A stretch of DNA of 64,000 nucleotides from Candidatus Cloacimonadota bacterium (GTDB taxonomy: Bacteria; Cloacimonadota; Cloacimonadia; JGIOTU-2). A program made the position numbers and the translations under genes. The DNA lies in contig JBNGBT010000001.1 in the NCBI GenBank assembly GCA_049903315.1, positions 1 to 64,000 of the forward strand. The letters run 5' to 3'. Positions 46,907 through 56,883 of this stretch are shown one piece after another. The notes under the pieces are model-generated. The model saw only the letters and a program-made list of their open reading frames with translations, made no database searches and was not told the DNA's origin. Each line of letters starts with the position of its first letter. The stretch's first letter is position 1.

Positions 46907-46955
46907 CCAATATTCAATTTCCAATGTCCAAGTAGCGGCTGAACATGTTCAGCCC
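46895..46955 (+). repeat. heptamer tract (AATDDCC x5) + GTAG-type REP (GTAGCGGCTGAACATGTTCAGCCC), overlapping the GNAT stop codon
   Basis: Read directly; perfect palindrome GGCTGAACATGTTCAGCC. Confidence 0.88.
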
Positions 46956-46999
46956 ATTAGAAAATATGAAATAACTAAACAATTTTTTTCATGCAATCA

Positions 47000-48034
47000 T
47001 TAATTAAAAAATTGCATTGCTTCAACCCACCTTTCACTCAGGTCTTCAGGTATATCGTGCCCCATTTCGGGAATAATGATGTATGTGTAAGGGATATTCT
47101 CTTCTTCAAAAACTGAAATCATTTCTTCCTGCTTTGGACGGTAGGGATCATTTTCGCCTGCTACCATCATGATCTTAAGACCAGATTTATTTGCTTCGGA
47201 CACATTTACAGCATCAAACTCTTGCGGCTTACCGGGGCATACTCCGAATACTCCCTTTACTGGAATGATCTGATTTATTGCAAAATCCATCGCAGCAATT
47301 CCACCAGCGGACATACCTCCGATATAAACCGAAGTTGTGTCGATTGCATAATCAGTGACAATCTCATGATATATTCGAGAGATATCCTTTCGCGCACGTT
47401 CATCATAGGATCGCCAGCCAAATGTGTTTGAGTCATAATAGAGGTAGGACTGCACATAAGCGGTGATCATTTTATCTTTTAACTCGTCAGGAATTTTCCA
47501 CCGCTCTTTTGCTTTTGACAATGAACTTCCACCTCCGTGAAGGATCAAGAAGACGCGATAGCGTTTAGCTGGATCATAGTTTTCCGGTAATTGGACATCA
47601 TATATTGTTTTTGCCTTTTCTAATGCTGCTGAACGTAGTTCAGTATCTTTTTTTACGAGATCATTGAAACGATCATACTCAATGTAAGGTGCACACTTGG
47701 GCAGGCTTGGATGAAGTAGGAAAAAATATCCCTTCTCATGCCCTTGTGCATAGAGATCGAGAGATTTCTCATATTGCTCAGTTTTGCGATAGAGATATTC
47801 AAGCTCTTTCATGAGTTCGAATTCCTGTTCAAGATATTGATCAAAATTATCTTCAACGAGAATGAGAGCAGAATCGTAACATTCTTTCTTTTCAAGTTTT
47901 AAGATAGTATCATAGAAAACATCATAGGATATAGATTCACTCTTTAATTTTTTGGACTGATATGTGTCTTTATTTGAGGAGGGTGAACAGCTGATAATCA
48001 TGAATATTGATATCATTATGGGGATCAATTTCAT
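47000..48034 (-). CDS. alpha/beta-hydrolase (esterase-like) lipoprotein
   Basis: IISC lipobox; LHGGG oxyanion motif, GMSAG nucleophile elbow, GENDP and MGH. Confidence 0.85.
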   Translation of the reverse strand: MKLIPIMISIFMIISCSPSSNKDTYQSKKLKSESISYDVFYDTILKLEKKECYDSALILVEDNFDQYLEQEFELMKELEYLYRKTEQYEKSLDLYAQGHEKGYFFLLHPSLPKCAPYIEYDRFNDLVKKDTELRSAALEKAKTIYDVQLPENYDPAKRYRVFLILHGGGSSLSKAKERWKIPDELKDKMITAYVQSYLYYDSNTFGWRSYDERARKDISRIYHEIVTDYAIDTTSVYIGGMSAGGIAAMDFAINQIIPVKGVFGVCPGKPQEFDAVNVSEANKSGLKIMMVAGENDPYRPKQEEMISVFEEENIPYTYIIIPEMGHDIPEDLSERWVEAMQFFN

Positions 48035-48063
48035 CGGATGTCCTTTCTATAAAATTATGTTCA

Positions 48064-48180
48064 TTATTGGTTCATATGTTCTTTCAGTGCTTCTTTACTA
48101 CTGGGATAATCAGGTTTTATTTTAAAAGCTTTCTGATAATTTTTGACGGCAAGATATTTCCTGTCATTGGCGCTTTCACA
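48064..48180 (-). pseudogene. orphan C-terminal TPR-like gene fragment (LAVKNYQKAFKIKPDYPSSKEAL...*)
   Basis: Hand translation of the intergenic region resembles a TPR helix B and cap; no start codon. Confidence 0.5.
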
Positions 48181-48184
48181 GGTT

Positions 48185-49339
48185 TTATTCCGACACATCA
48201 TCCTTTTCACAAAATTCTTCTTTTCCGTCAGGATAAAGTAAACTTAATCCGATTACTCGATCATCGTCATCCCGTTCAAATCTGATTGTCGGCAGTTCGT
48301 TCATCGCTTTAAAACCTGCAGGCAAATGAACTTCATACAGGTCGTCACCGACTTCGCTAAGCTTCAATTTAAGACTTCCATCCCGCTGTGAATAATAGAA
48401 ACCGTTTTCAAGTGTGACATTTCTGAGATTGCCGTAACGGCCGGTGATTCCTTGAGGATCATTTTTCTGCGTTATTTCTTTGTCGGTATCCTCCACCTCG
48501 GTTTTTATGAACTGAATGAGCTCGTTCCTAAGATCGATGGTCACTATGAGATCTTTCAATATAGGATATCCGATATTGACATATTCATTATTTCTGTCCG
48601 ATAGAATAATATCCGGAGAATCGAAAATGATATCCGCAAGTTTAATTCGGTCGTCCAGTTCACCCTTCCAAATTTGATGCGTTCCTCCGATGGTGCGTGA
48701 TTGAGCGTCCAGCGGAACAGGAGGGGCTTTAAATTTCAACCGATCTTTGAGCGCAAAGGGAAAAGAGAATGAAAAGGGAGCACCGGTATCCAGATGAGCG
48801 TTCCACGTGCATACATCGGTTTTAATCGGCACTGTCAGGATTTCGCAATCGGGCATCAAATCAATGACATTTTTCTGACCTTTCGACAATTCTCCTTCTG
48901 TCAGAATGATCTTTTTGTCCGGATAATTGATATTTATTAGGAAATCGGAAAATGCTTTAAACGAAATAATGCCGTCAACAGGAATCATATTCCTCAGGGG
49001 CATTGCTACCATGCTGATATCAGCAAACGATTTGCCGGACACGTTCATTTCAGAGACAACCACCTGAGGAACAGAAGATTTTTGATTACTGCCGGGTGCT
49101 CCAATTTCGACCTTCCCGGTTTCTTTTAAATCCAAACGGGATGCCAGATCTTGATCGATGACATGTCCACTGGCACCGGTATCAAAAATAAATTGATAAG
49201 GTCCGCTTTGATTGATAAAAATTTCGATCACTGGTCTGTTCAAGCTTAAATCCAAAGGAATAACAATCTCAGATTGTCCTGATGAGGCATTCGGTAAAAA
49301 CATCAATAAAATGGCTATGTAATAAATTGTTTTACTCAT
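48185..49339 (-). CDS. secreted double-domain retropepsin-like aspartyl protease
   Basis: FIFDTGAS and HLDTGAP motifs; DGII and NIG; signal peptide. Confidence 0.85.
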   Translation of the reverse strand: MSKTIYYIAILLMFLPNASSGQSEIVIPLDLSLNRPVIEIFINQSGPYQFIFDTGASGHVIDQDLASRLDLKETGKVEIGAPGSNQKSSVPQVVVSEMNVSGKSFADISMVAMPLRNMIPVDGIISFKAFSDFLININYPDKKIILTEGELSKGQKNVIDLMPDCEILTVPIKTDVCTWNAHLDTGAPFSFSFPFALKDRLKFKAPPVPLDAQSRTIGGTHQIWKGELDDRIKLADIIFDSPDIILSDRNNEYVNIGYPILKDLIVTIDLRNELIQFIKTEVEDTDKEITQKNDPQGITGRYGNLRNVTLENGFYYSQRDGSLKLKLSEVGDDLYEVHLPAGFKAMNELPTIRFERDDDDRVIGLSLLYPDGKEEFCEKDDVSE

Positions 49340-50334
49340 TTTGTTATCTCCTTATTTTTTGTGATCTCTTGTTTTTTTGATTTTTCAATGACATTTACTT
49401 CCACCCAGAAAATGTCGGTCTTTTCACGAGCCGGATGATAAAGTGTGATTTCCTGTAGATCCTCAAAGGTATGACGCTTTTCGAAATACTTGTTCCATGT
49501 AACCTGAGGGTAAGCGGCAAAGAAAAAATACTTACCATCAGAAGATATTGATGGGCACCATCCGGATATCATTGAATTAATACTATCACCGAGTTTTAAT
49601 AAATCACTCCAATTGTCATGTTCATCTCTAAAGGAAACAAAATAATTATCTCGAGGTACTATCAAATAGCTTTCATCCGGTGAAATTACCGCATGAAATT
49701 GTTCTTTTTCGCTGTTCACCTGCGGTGGAAGTTCTTCCGGTTTCATATAGTTGCCATTAACGAACCTTGATCGATAAATTTTCTCACCACCGTCTTTGGT
49801 TTTTTTGGAATAATACAGGGTTCCGGTTTCGGTAACAGAAGGGCAGCATACAAATCCATCGCCATTAATGGGATGTCCAATAGGTTTGGGCTCACTCCAT
49901 CCAGAACTTGTTTTTTCAATAAACCAAATGTTGACCACATCTGCAATGAGTGAATCATTATCAAGAGGTCTGTAAGAATGAAAAAATAATTTAGAGCCGT
50001 CAGGATGCATCGAAGGAAAACCATCCAGATATTTCCCGGAAAAGAAAGCTACATCAGGCGTGGTCCAGCAGCCATTTTCCAGTTTGGTTGTTACTATTGT
50101 TTCGCTATTCCCGGCATGGACTGTATAAAATATTTCCTTGCCGTCAGGTGCCACAGCAATAGCGGATTCACTCATGCCGGTTGATATAATCCCGGGTGCA
50201 AAAAGCTCTGGCGACATTCCTGGTGGTGACTGACCCAGGTAGGGACCGGTGAGTTTTGGAAATTCATTTTGTTGAGCAATAATGTTTGTGGCTATGGTCA
50301 GTATTGCGATAATGATACAAATTGTTTTTTTCAT
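49336..50334 (-). CDS. secreted PD40/TolB-like beta-propeller protein
   Basis: GPYLGQ.PPG..PE.FAPGIIST N-terminus; repeated P.(I/F)SPDG blades; DIFWV C-terminus. Confidence 0.85.
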   Translation of the reverse strand: MKKTICIIIAILTIATNIIAQQNEFPKLTGPYLGQSPPGMSPELFAPGIISTGMSESAIAVAPDGKEIFYTVHAGNSETIVTTKLENGCWTTPDVAFFSGKYLDGFPSMHPDGSKLFFHSYRPLDNDSLIADVVNIWFIEKTSSGWSEPKPIGHPINGDGFVCCPSVTETGTLYYSKKTKDGGEKIYRSRFVNGNYMKPEELPPQVNSEKEQFHAVISPDESYLIVPRDNYFVSFRDEHDNWSDLLKLGDSINSMISGWCPSISSDGKYFFFAAYPQVTWNKYFEKRHTFEDLQEITLYHPAREKTDIFWVEVNVIEKSKKQEITKNKEITK

Positions 50335-50345
50335 GTTACTTTCCT

Positions 50346-51254
50346 TTATTTCAAATCTTTTGATTTTAATTCTTCTATAATCTTCGCACCCACCCAGTAA
50401 ACGTCTCCTTTGCCACGTTCCCCCGACGAAAAGAAAAGATATTTTCCATCAGCAGTTATAAAAGGTTGACTGGCTCTCATCCCCAGATTAATCTCCAGTG
50501 GTTTGCTCCAACCTCCATCCCTCTTCCTGAATGAGCAAAACAGCACACTATTTGGTTCTTCTCCCGGTCTTCCCACAGTATAAACGATAGTACTCTCATC
50601 CGGAGCGATCCAGGGATGCTGGTTCCGTCCTTCCTCATTAAATGGCGTACCAAGTTTTTCAAGCTTCTGATACATGCCCTCAGACTTTCTTATGATTCCC
50701 AGTGCTTCATTCCCCATACCACCTGAAATATCGGTGGTGTAGATCGTCCCGCTATCAGTGGAAGCGATATGCATCGTCTTGTTGGGATTGAATAACTCCC
50801 CTAGATCCCCTATCCCTCCCCAGTCACCATTTTCATCTCTATCAACATATAGAGTAAACATCTGCAGTGCTCCGTCAATAACTCTTCCGGATTGAAAATA
50901 GAGTCTCTTGTTATCGGGAGTAACAAAGGGCTCGAACGTGAACTCATTTTTTGTAAAGGAAGCAACTTCCGGTTCGGTCCAAACCCCGTCAACAATCTTG
51001 CATATCATAATAACAGTCTGATTAAGCCCTGAATGCCTGCGGGTAAAGTAGAACTCATTGCCGTCAGGTGAAAAACAGCAGGAGAACTCATGTGATACTG
51101 TGGAAATGATCCCCGGTGCAAAAATCTCTGGTATCATACCCGGCGGCTTCTGACCGAGGTAGGGGCCGGTGAGGTTGGGAAAATCTGTTTGTTGAGTCAA
51201 AATGCCTGTGGCTGCGGCCAGCATTACAAAGATGGTACAAATTGTTTTTTTCAT
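50346..51254 (-). CDS. secreted PD40/TolB-like beta-propeller protein (paralog)
   Basis: GPYLGQKPPG..PEIFAPGIIST, FSPDG and DVYWVGAKIIEELK. Confidence 0.85.
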   Translation of the reverse strand: MKKTICTIFVMLAAATGILTQQTDFPNLTGPYLGQKPPGMIPEIFAPGIISTVSHEFSCCFSPDGNEFYFTRRHSGLNQTVIMICKIVDGVWTEPEVASFTKNEFTFEPFVTPDNKRLYFQSGRVIDGALQMFTLYVDRDENGDWGGIGDLGELFNPNKTMHIASTDSGTIYTTDISGGMGNEALGIIRKSEGMYQKLEKLGTPFNEEGRNQHPWIAPDESTIVYTVGRPGEEPNSVLFCSFRKRDGGWSKPLEINLGMRASQPFITADGKYLFFSSGERGKGDVYWVGAKIIEELKSKDLK

Positions 51255-51267
51255 TTTTGTTACTTCC

Positions 51268-51488
51268 TTATTTTAATTCTTCGATGATTTTTGCAGACAA
51301 CCAACAGATAGTCTTTTAACCACCCAAATATCAGGCATTTTATGAACTTCATTAGAGCCATTCTTCGGCCTGATTGAAACAAAGAATAGCATTTTGCCAT
51401 CGCTCGAAAGGGATGGTTCCTCATTCACGAAATCACAGAAAAAGAGAAGAATTGCAGGTGAATCCCATTTCCCATTTTTCATTGTCAC
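51268..51488 (-). pseudogene. internally deleted PD40-family fragment
   Basis: EPSLSSDGKMLFFVS.RP...DIWVVKR joined out of frame to the conserved terminus ICWLSAKIIEELK*. Confidence 0.7.
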
Positions 51489-51517
51489 ACTAAAGTCCGG
51501 ATGACAGGAGTTATCTT

Positions 51518-53443
51518 CTAATATTGAAATCCGATCAAATTCCAGTAATTCAGGTAGAATGCAAATCCAATAAAGATGAATGCAGTAAATATGTAGCCAA
51601 GTCGTCTTTTAAAATTCCAGTGCTCATCTTTCCAACTCTTAATAAAGAAAATAATAAAGGTTAAGCTCAGAATCATGTTTACAAGCGGAAGAACGAGCAA
51701 TGCTTTTATTATTAAAGGGACTCCAAATGCGAATTGTTCTTCATTCATCATGAAGGCAGGTGCAAATCCTGCGATAAATGTCAGATAGATAATGCTCACA
51801 ATGGTAGCTGAAAACTTTGTATAGCGTATCAGTCGGGAATGAGCCGGGCCTGGATTTTTACGGGAACGTATTTTATTTACCAGTGGTCTTAGTATACCTA
51901 TACAGAAGAAAATAAGAGCAAAAATACCATACCATAACTCTGCAAACCGGAGATATTCCTCGTACCATGCCAGTCTTTCATAGCTAATTGGCATCTGCTG
52001 AGCATCCATATGTATATATTTGACATTCCCCTTCTCATCTTCACGATATGTAATCTTAATATTACTTTGAGGGAATTGAAACAATCCCGGTTCTAATTCT
52101 ATGAGGCTGTTAGCAGTATTTTCTGTAAGCTTCCATACTCCGCCTGTGTAAGTCAGTTTATCAAAAGAATCCAGGCCTAATCGGACACCCCGGTAACAAC
52201 CTGTAAGTTTTGTTTCTTTAAATGGCTTATCTTCAGGGATTTCTTTTGTGGAAGTTTCTTCTGGTCTTTTGAAAAAATAGCTCATAAGGTGATCAGTTAT
52301 CTCCATCCGTAATATTGAATTACCGGTATTGTTACAGACAAAAAAGCCAAGATTACATTCCGGTAAAAGAAATAAGCGGCTGGAAAATCCGGAGAAATCT
52401 CCATCATGCATAATTGCCCGTTGATTGTAATCCTTGTACTCATAGAAACCATAACATACACCAGGCAATTTAGGATCATTGGTGAATTGCTGTTTTTGCA
52501 TCTCCGCGCAAGTATTCTCATTCAGGATTTGTTGGTTTTTATATTTCCCTCTTTGCAGTTGGGCAATCATAAAATGGGCCATGTCTTCTGCAGTTGCAAT
52601 TAAAGAACCAGCCGGAGATGGCATAATTATTGGATACTCTGCTGGAACAACCTGATAATTCCCATTGATAAATTGATACCCATTGGCCAGGGATGATGAT
52701 AGTTCTTCAGTTATTGCAAAACTGCTATTTTGCATTTCCAGCGGCTGCAAAATGCTTTCTTCCATGTACTGTTCAAATGAACGACTGGAAATGGTCTCAA
52801 CCAAATGCCCTGTAAGGTAAAATCCATGATTTGAATAGATAATTACATTTCCCGGAGGAAGAGAACGGGGAAGCATATTGGAAGCAAGAAAATCACCAAT
52901 CGGTTTTCTTTTCCGTTCATCACGAGTCAATATCCCGATTGGCTTACTACGAAAACCTGATGTATGGGTTAACAGATTATGCAGGGTCACCGGCTCTGGA
53001 TAATTCTCTGGTAATTTAAAAAGTGTAAGATATTCATTAACATCGGTTTTTAAATTTAATTTACCTTGTTCAACAAGTTGCATTACTGCAGTTGCAGTAA
53101 ACAGTTTCGATACAGAACCGACACTCAATAATGTTTCTCCCGGTTTTACAGCAGTTTTTTTTGTAACATCAGCATAACCGTATCCCTTGCTCAGAAAAAT
53201 TTCTCCATCTTTTACCATCACAAAAGCCAAACCCGGGATATGATATTCTTCCATCTTTTTATGAATAAAATCATCAATGTAAGTTTCAAGGGTTGACAGA
53301 TCCTTAGAGTCTTTAATCTCAATCTGAGATTTTTTCATTAAACTATCTTCATATGATTTGCTATATTCTGAAGATATCAATGAACTAATGATAATATTAA
53401 AAATCATTAATGAAATAAAAGCAATTTCTTTTTTCATTTTCAT
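51518..53443 (-). CDS. serine hydrolase (beta-lactamase/AmpC-like) with C-terminal TM helices
   Basis: GSVSK (SxxK), LLTHTSG, YSN and HDG; three C-terminal hydrophobic helices. Confidence 0.9.
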   Translation of the reverse strand: MKMKKEIAFISLMIFNIIISSLISSEYSKSYEDSLMKKSQIEIKDSKDLSTLETYIDDFIHKKMEEYHIPGLAFVMVKDGEIFLSKGYGYADVTKKTAVKPGETLLSVGSVSKLFTATAVMQLVEQGKLNLKTDVNEYLTLFKLPENYPEPVTLHNLLTHTSGFRSKPIGILTRDERKRKPIGDFLASNMLPRSLPPGNVIIYSNHGFYLTGHLVETISSRSFEQYMEESILQPLEMQNSSFAITEELSSSLANGYQFINGNYQVVPAEYPIIMPSPAGSLIATAEDMAHFMIAQLQRGKYKNQQILNENTCAEMQKQQFTNDPKLPGVCYGFYEYKDYNQRAIMHDGDFSGFSSRLFLLPECNLGFFVCNNTGNSILRMEITDHLMSYFFKRPEETSTKEIPEDKPFKETKLTGCYRGVRLGLDSFDKLTYTGGVWKLTENTANSLIELEPGLFQFPQSNIKITYREDEKGNVKYIHMDAQQMPISYERLAWYEEYLRFAELWYGIFALIFFCIGILRPLVNKIRSRKNPGPAHSRLIRYTKFSATIVSIIYLTFIAGFAPAFMMNEEQFAFGVPLIIKALLVLPLVNMILSLTFIIFFIKSWKDEHWNFKRRLGYIFTAFIFIGFAFYLNYWNLIGFQY

Positions 53444-53820
53444 TTCCTTTTTTTTAGTTCTTTTGGTTTTAATTCTTCAATGACCTTTACTTCCATCCAG
53501 AAAATATCGGCTTTTTCAGGAGCGGGATGAAAAAGCGTGATTTCCTGTAGAACATCAAATGTATGATGCTCTTTAAAGTATTTTTTCCATGGTACTTGAG
53601 GATAAGCAGCAAAGAAAAAATATTTTCCATCAGAAGATATCGATGGGCACCATCCGGATATCGTAATTACATCGAAATCATCATCACAATCTAAATCTAC
53701 TGGATAGGCAAGTATTGGTTCAATGTTATAGTTTGAAATGATTATCTCATCGCTGAAATCAAATTCTGCAGATAAACTTATTGCGATTAGTAGAAATACA
53801 ATAAATATTTTTATTTTCAT
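53440..53820 (-). pseudogene. chimeric ORF: FG-GAP-protein N-terminus fused to a PD40-protein C-terminus
   Basis: 53663-53758 resembles 56620-56714; 53476-53662 resembles 49384-49570 at DNA level. Confidence 0.75.
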
Positions 53821-53830
53821 TTCTTACTCC

Positions 53831-55318
53831 TCATTTCAATAAAAGCATCTTCTTTGAAGCCAAGGTTTTACCGTTTTGTGTTAAGACTGCATAATACATT
53901 CCGGATGATACTGGTTGGTTGGATTGATCGGTACCGTTCCAGACTATATGTTGAATGTGTGATTGGATGAATGGGAGATTCGAGAAAGTCTTCACCTGCT
54001 GTCCTTTAAGATTAAATATTTCGATTTCTAAACGTTCGTTATGTTTACATAGTGCGCTACAAAATCTGATTGTTGAAGACGGATTAAATGGATTGGGATA
54101 ATTCCAAAGATTACAACCGGAAGGCTGATCGATGATATTTTCAACCTCATTGCTGCCATCGGGAGCAAGTTTCACAATATAAACATCATCACCATTTCCA
54201 AAAGAATTTGTATAACCTGCTAAAACATATCCTTCATCTTCTGTTTGTTCTACGAAGAATGAATAATCATTTCCAGTTCCTCCAACATCTTTTCTCCAGA
54301 TCCGATCTCCTGAATACGATATTTTCAAAGCAAGAACATCAAAATCTCCATTAACAGTGGCATTGGTCAATCCGCCCAAAATAAAATCACCATCTGAAGT
54401 AATATCCAAAGAATAGCAATAATCTACCACATCTGTGCCATAAACATGAGACCAGATTTCATTGCCTTGTTCATCTGTTTTTATCAGCCAGACATCAAAA
54501 TCTCCGGCTCCAAATGATTTTGTGCTCCCAGCCAGTATATAACCTTCTCCCGGTAGGATCTGCATTGAATAGGCATTTTCAATTTCCGGTCCTCCAAAAG
54601 TGTGAGACCAGGTTTCATTACCTAAACTATCAGTTTTGATGAGATACGCATCATAATTTCCATTCCCGAACGATGATGTTAGTCCCGCCAGAATATAGCT
54701 TCCATCAGCTTCCTGGTGGACAGTGTAAGTTTTGTCATTACCATTACCGCCGTATGTTTGCTGCCATTCCAGGTTTCCGTTTTCATCTGTTTTAATCAGC
54801 CAGGCATCCTGGTTGTTGTTTTCAATGTTTCCGGTTCCACCCGTGATGACATAACCGCCGTCACTGGTTTGTTCCACATATTGTGTCCTGTCATTTTCAG
54901 ATGTTCCATAGGTTTGATTCCATTCTTCATTGCCATCGGCATCCGTTTTTATCAACCAGAAATCCCGCATTCCATTTCCAAAAGATTCTGTAGTTCCAGC
55001 TATAATGAATCCTCCATCTGTTGTTTGCTGCCCCATGATAGAAAAGTCATTCTGGTTGCCGCCAAAAGTTCTGTCCCATAACATAGTGCCATGTTCATCG
55101 GTTTTTATCAGCCAGATATCGTTCATGCCATTGCCGGTTTGATCAGTCGTTCCGATGATGATTAAGCTGCTGTCACTCGTTTCCCGGATGCACGTGGAGG
55201 TATCTTCGTTGATGCCGCCAAAATGTTTTGTCCAGAGTGTATCTGGCGCAGTTTGGGCAACTAGAAAACAGCTTGATAATATAAAAAATAACATTAAAAA
55301 TATTCGTTTAATTTTCAT
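53831..55318 (-). CDS. secreted beta-propeller repeat protein with FlgD-Ig/T9SS-like CTD
   Basis: About seven repeats of D.WLIKTD..G...W..T(F/Y)GG...D....QT.DGG(Y/F)I.AG; NYPNPFN...KMLLLK. Confidence 0.88.
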   Translation of the reverse strand: MKIKRIFLMLFFILSSCFLVAQTAPDTLWTKHFGGINEDTSTCIRETSDSSLIIIGTTDQTGNGMNDIWLIKTDEHGTMLWDRTFGGNQNDFSIMGQQTTDGGFIIAGTTESFGNGMRDFWLIKTDADGNEEWNQTYGTSENDRTQYVEQTSDGGYVITGGTGNIENNNQDAWLIKTDENGNLEWQQTYGGNGNDKTYTVHQEADGSYILAGLTSSFGNGNYDAYLIKTDSLGNETWSHTFGGPEIENAYSMQILPGEGYILAGSTKSFGAGDFDVWLIKTDEQGNEIWSHVYGTDVVDYCYSLDITSDGDFILGGLTNATVNGDFDVLALKISYSGDRIWRKDVGGTGNDYSFFVEQTEDEGYVLAGYTNSFGNGDDVYIVKLAPDGSNEVENIIDQPSGCNLWNYPNPFNPSSTIRFCSALCKHNERLEIEIFNLKGQQVKTFSNLPFIQSHIQHIVWNGTDQSNQPVSSGMYYAVLTQNGKTLASKKMLLLK

Positions 55319-55328
55319 AATAGTATCC

Positions 55329-56882
55329 TCAATTTAATAATAACATTTTGCAGGAAGCTAATGGGGTGTTGTTTTGTTTTAAAACTGCATAATACATACC
55401 AGATGATACTAACTGATTGGATTGATCAGTTCCGTTCCATACAATTTGTTGATTGAGTGATTGTATGATTGGAAGATTCGAGAAAGTCTTCACTTTCTGA
55501 CCTTTCAAATTGAAGATTTCAATTTTTATTTTTTCGTTTTGATTATATTGTTCACTGCGAAAACTGATCTTTGAAGATGTATTAAACGGATTAGGGTAAT
55601 TCCAGAATATATTTGAATCAATCAGGTTATGCAGTTCATCATCGACATCAATTGTAAGTTCATTTCTGAACCAGACGATTTTATCACTGCCCCAGAAAGT
55701 TGAAATCAGATCCTGATCTTCGTCATTATCGAGATCTGCTGCCAGAGTGCTGTGTACAAAGGTTGCATTATCCCAGATATATTGACTTTCTCCGAATGTT
55801 CCATCTCCCTGATTCAGGAAATAGACAATTTTATTCCACACTCCGCAAGAAACGATTACATCATCATCATTATCATTATCAAGGTCAGCAGTGGATACTT
55901 GGAAAGCATCTTCTGTATCTGTCGAGATAATCTGCTGATCACCGAAAGTGCCGTTTCCATCCAGGTTTTCGTACCAGGCTGTTTTATCATCACCCGTTGA
56001 TGCAGATAAAACATCGGGATCGCCATCATTATCAATATCACTTATCCAGATCGATAGAAGATTATCAACTGCAGTTGTGATAGTTTGCTGTGGCTGGAAT
56101 GTTCCAGAACCATCTATATTCTCATACCAATAGATTCTATTTGTTGTATGGTTCGTTCCTGTCACCATATCGAAATCTCCGTCTAAATCGAGATCAACAG
56201 GAATGATACGACAGGCTTTAGCAGCGTTGTATGCAATAATATTAGCTGCCGAAAATGTGCCTAGACCATCGAGATTTTCATACCAGGCAAATGTATCATC
56301 TTCCCACGAGGCAACGACAATATCATTATCTCCATCATTGTCGATATCAGCTGTAGAAACATGAAACGCTCCATCCCGAGTACTATCAATCGTGATTTGT
56401 TCTTTAAAAGTACCCATTCCATCAACGTTTTTGAACCAGACAACTCGATCTGAAAAATAGTATGTCACAACAATATCCAAATGATTATCCGAATCAAAAT
56501 CTGCAGCAGCCAGACAGGAAGGTATTTGATATGTATCGGAAATCAAGTTTTGATTACTGAATATGCCTGATCCGTCCAGATTTTCGAACCAGCATACTTT
56601 ATGATCACCACCAAAAATCGCGGCTATATCAATATCTTCGTCATTATCGATATCTACAGGTAAAGCCAGTATTGGTTCAACATTTTGTGAAGTGATTAGT
56701 ATTTCATCGCTGAACAAAAGTTGAGAATTCAGTAATTCGTCAGACGGAAATCTTTCCGGTATCATACTCTGAGGTTTCTGACCAAGATTAGCATCGGTGA
56801 GATTTTGCAAATCGTTAGGCTGAGCAGAAATGCTTGTTGCGGTAAAAAGCATAATACAAATTATTACTAGTAATTTATTCAC
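55329..56882 (-). CDS. FG-GAP/VCBS repeat secreted protein with FlgD-Ig/T9SS-like CTD
   Basis: Repeated AD.D.DGD.D..., WYEN.DG.G.F units; NYPNPFN...KMLLLN. Confidence 0.9.
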   Translation of the reverse strand: MNKLLVIICIMLFTATSISAQPNDLQNLTDANLGQKPQSMIPERFPSDELLNSQLLFSDEILITSQNVEPILALPVDIDNDEDIDIAAIFGGDHKVCWFENLDGSGIFSNQNLISDTYQIPSCLAAADFDSDNHLDIVVTYYFSDRVVWFKNVDGMGTFKEQITIDSTRDGAFHVSTADIDNDGDNDIVVASWEDDTFAWYENLDGLGTFSAANIIAYNAAKACRIIPVDLDLDGDFDMVTGTNHTTNRIYWYENIDGSGTFQPQQTITTAVDNLLSIWISDIDNDGDPDVLSASTGDDKTAWYENLDGNGTFGDQQIISTDTEDAFQVSTADLDNDNDDDVIVSCGVWNKIVYFLNQGDGTFGESQYIWDNATFVHSTLAADLDNDEDQDLISTFWGSDKIVWFRNELTIDVDDELHNLIDSNIFWNYPNPFNTSSKISFRSEQYNQNEKIKIEIFNLKGQKVKTFSNLPIIQSLNQQIVWNGTDQSNQLVSSGMYYAVLKQNNTPLASCKMLLLN

Positions 56883-56883
56883 C

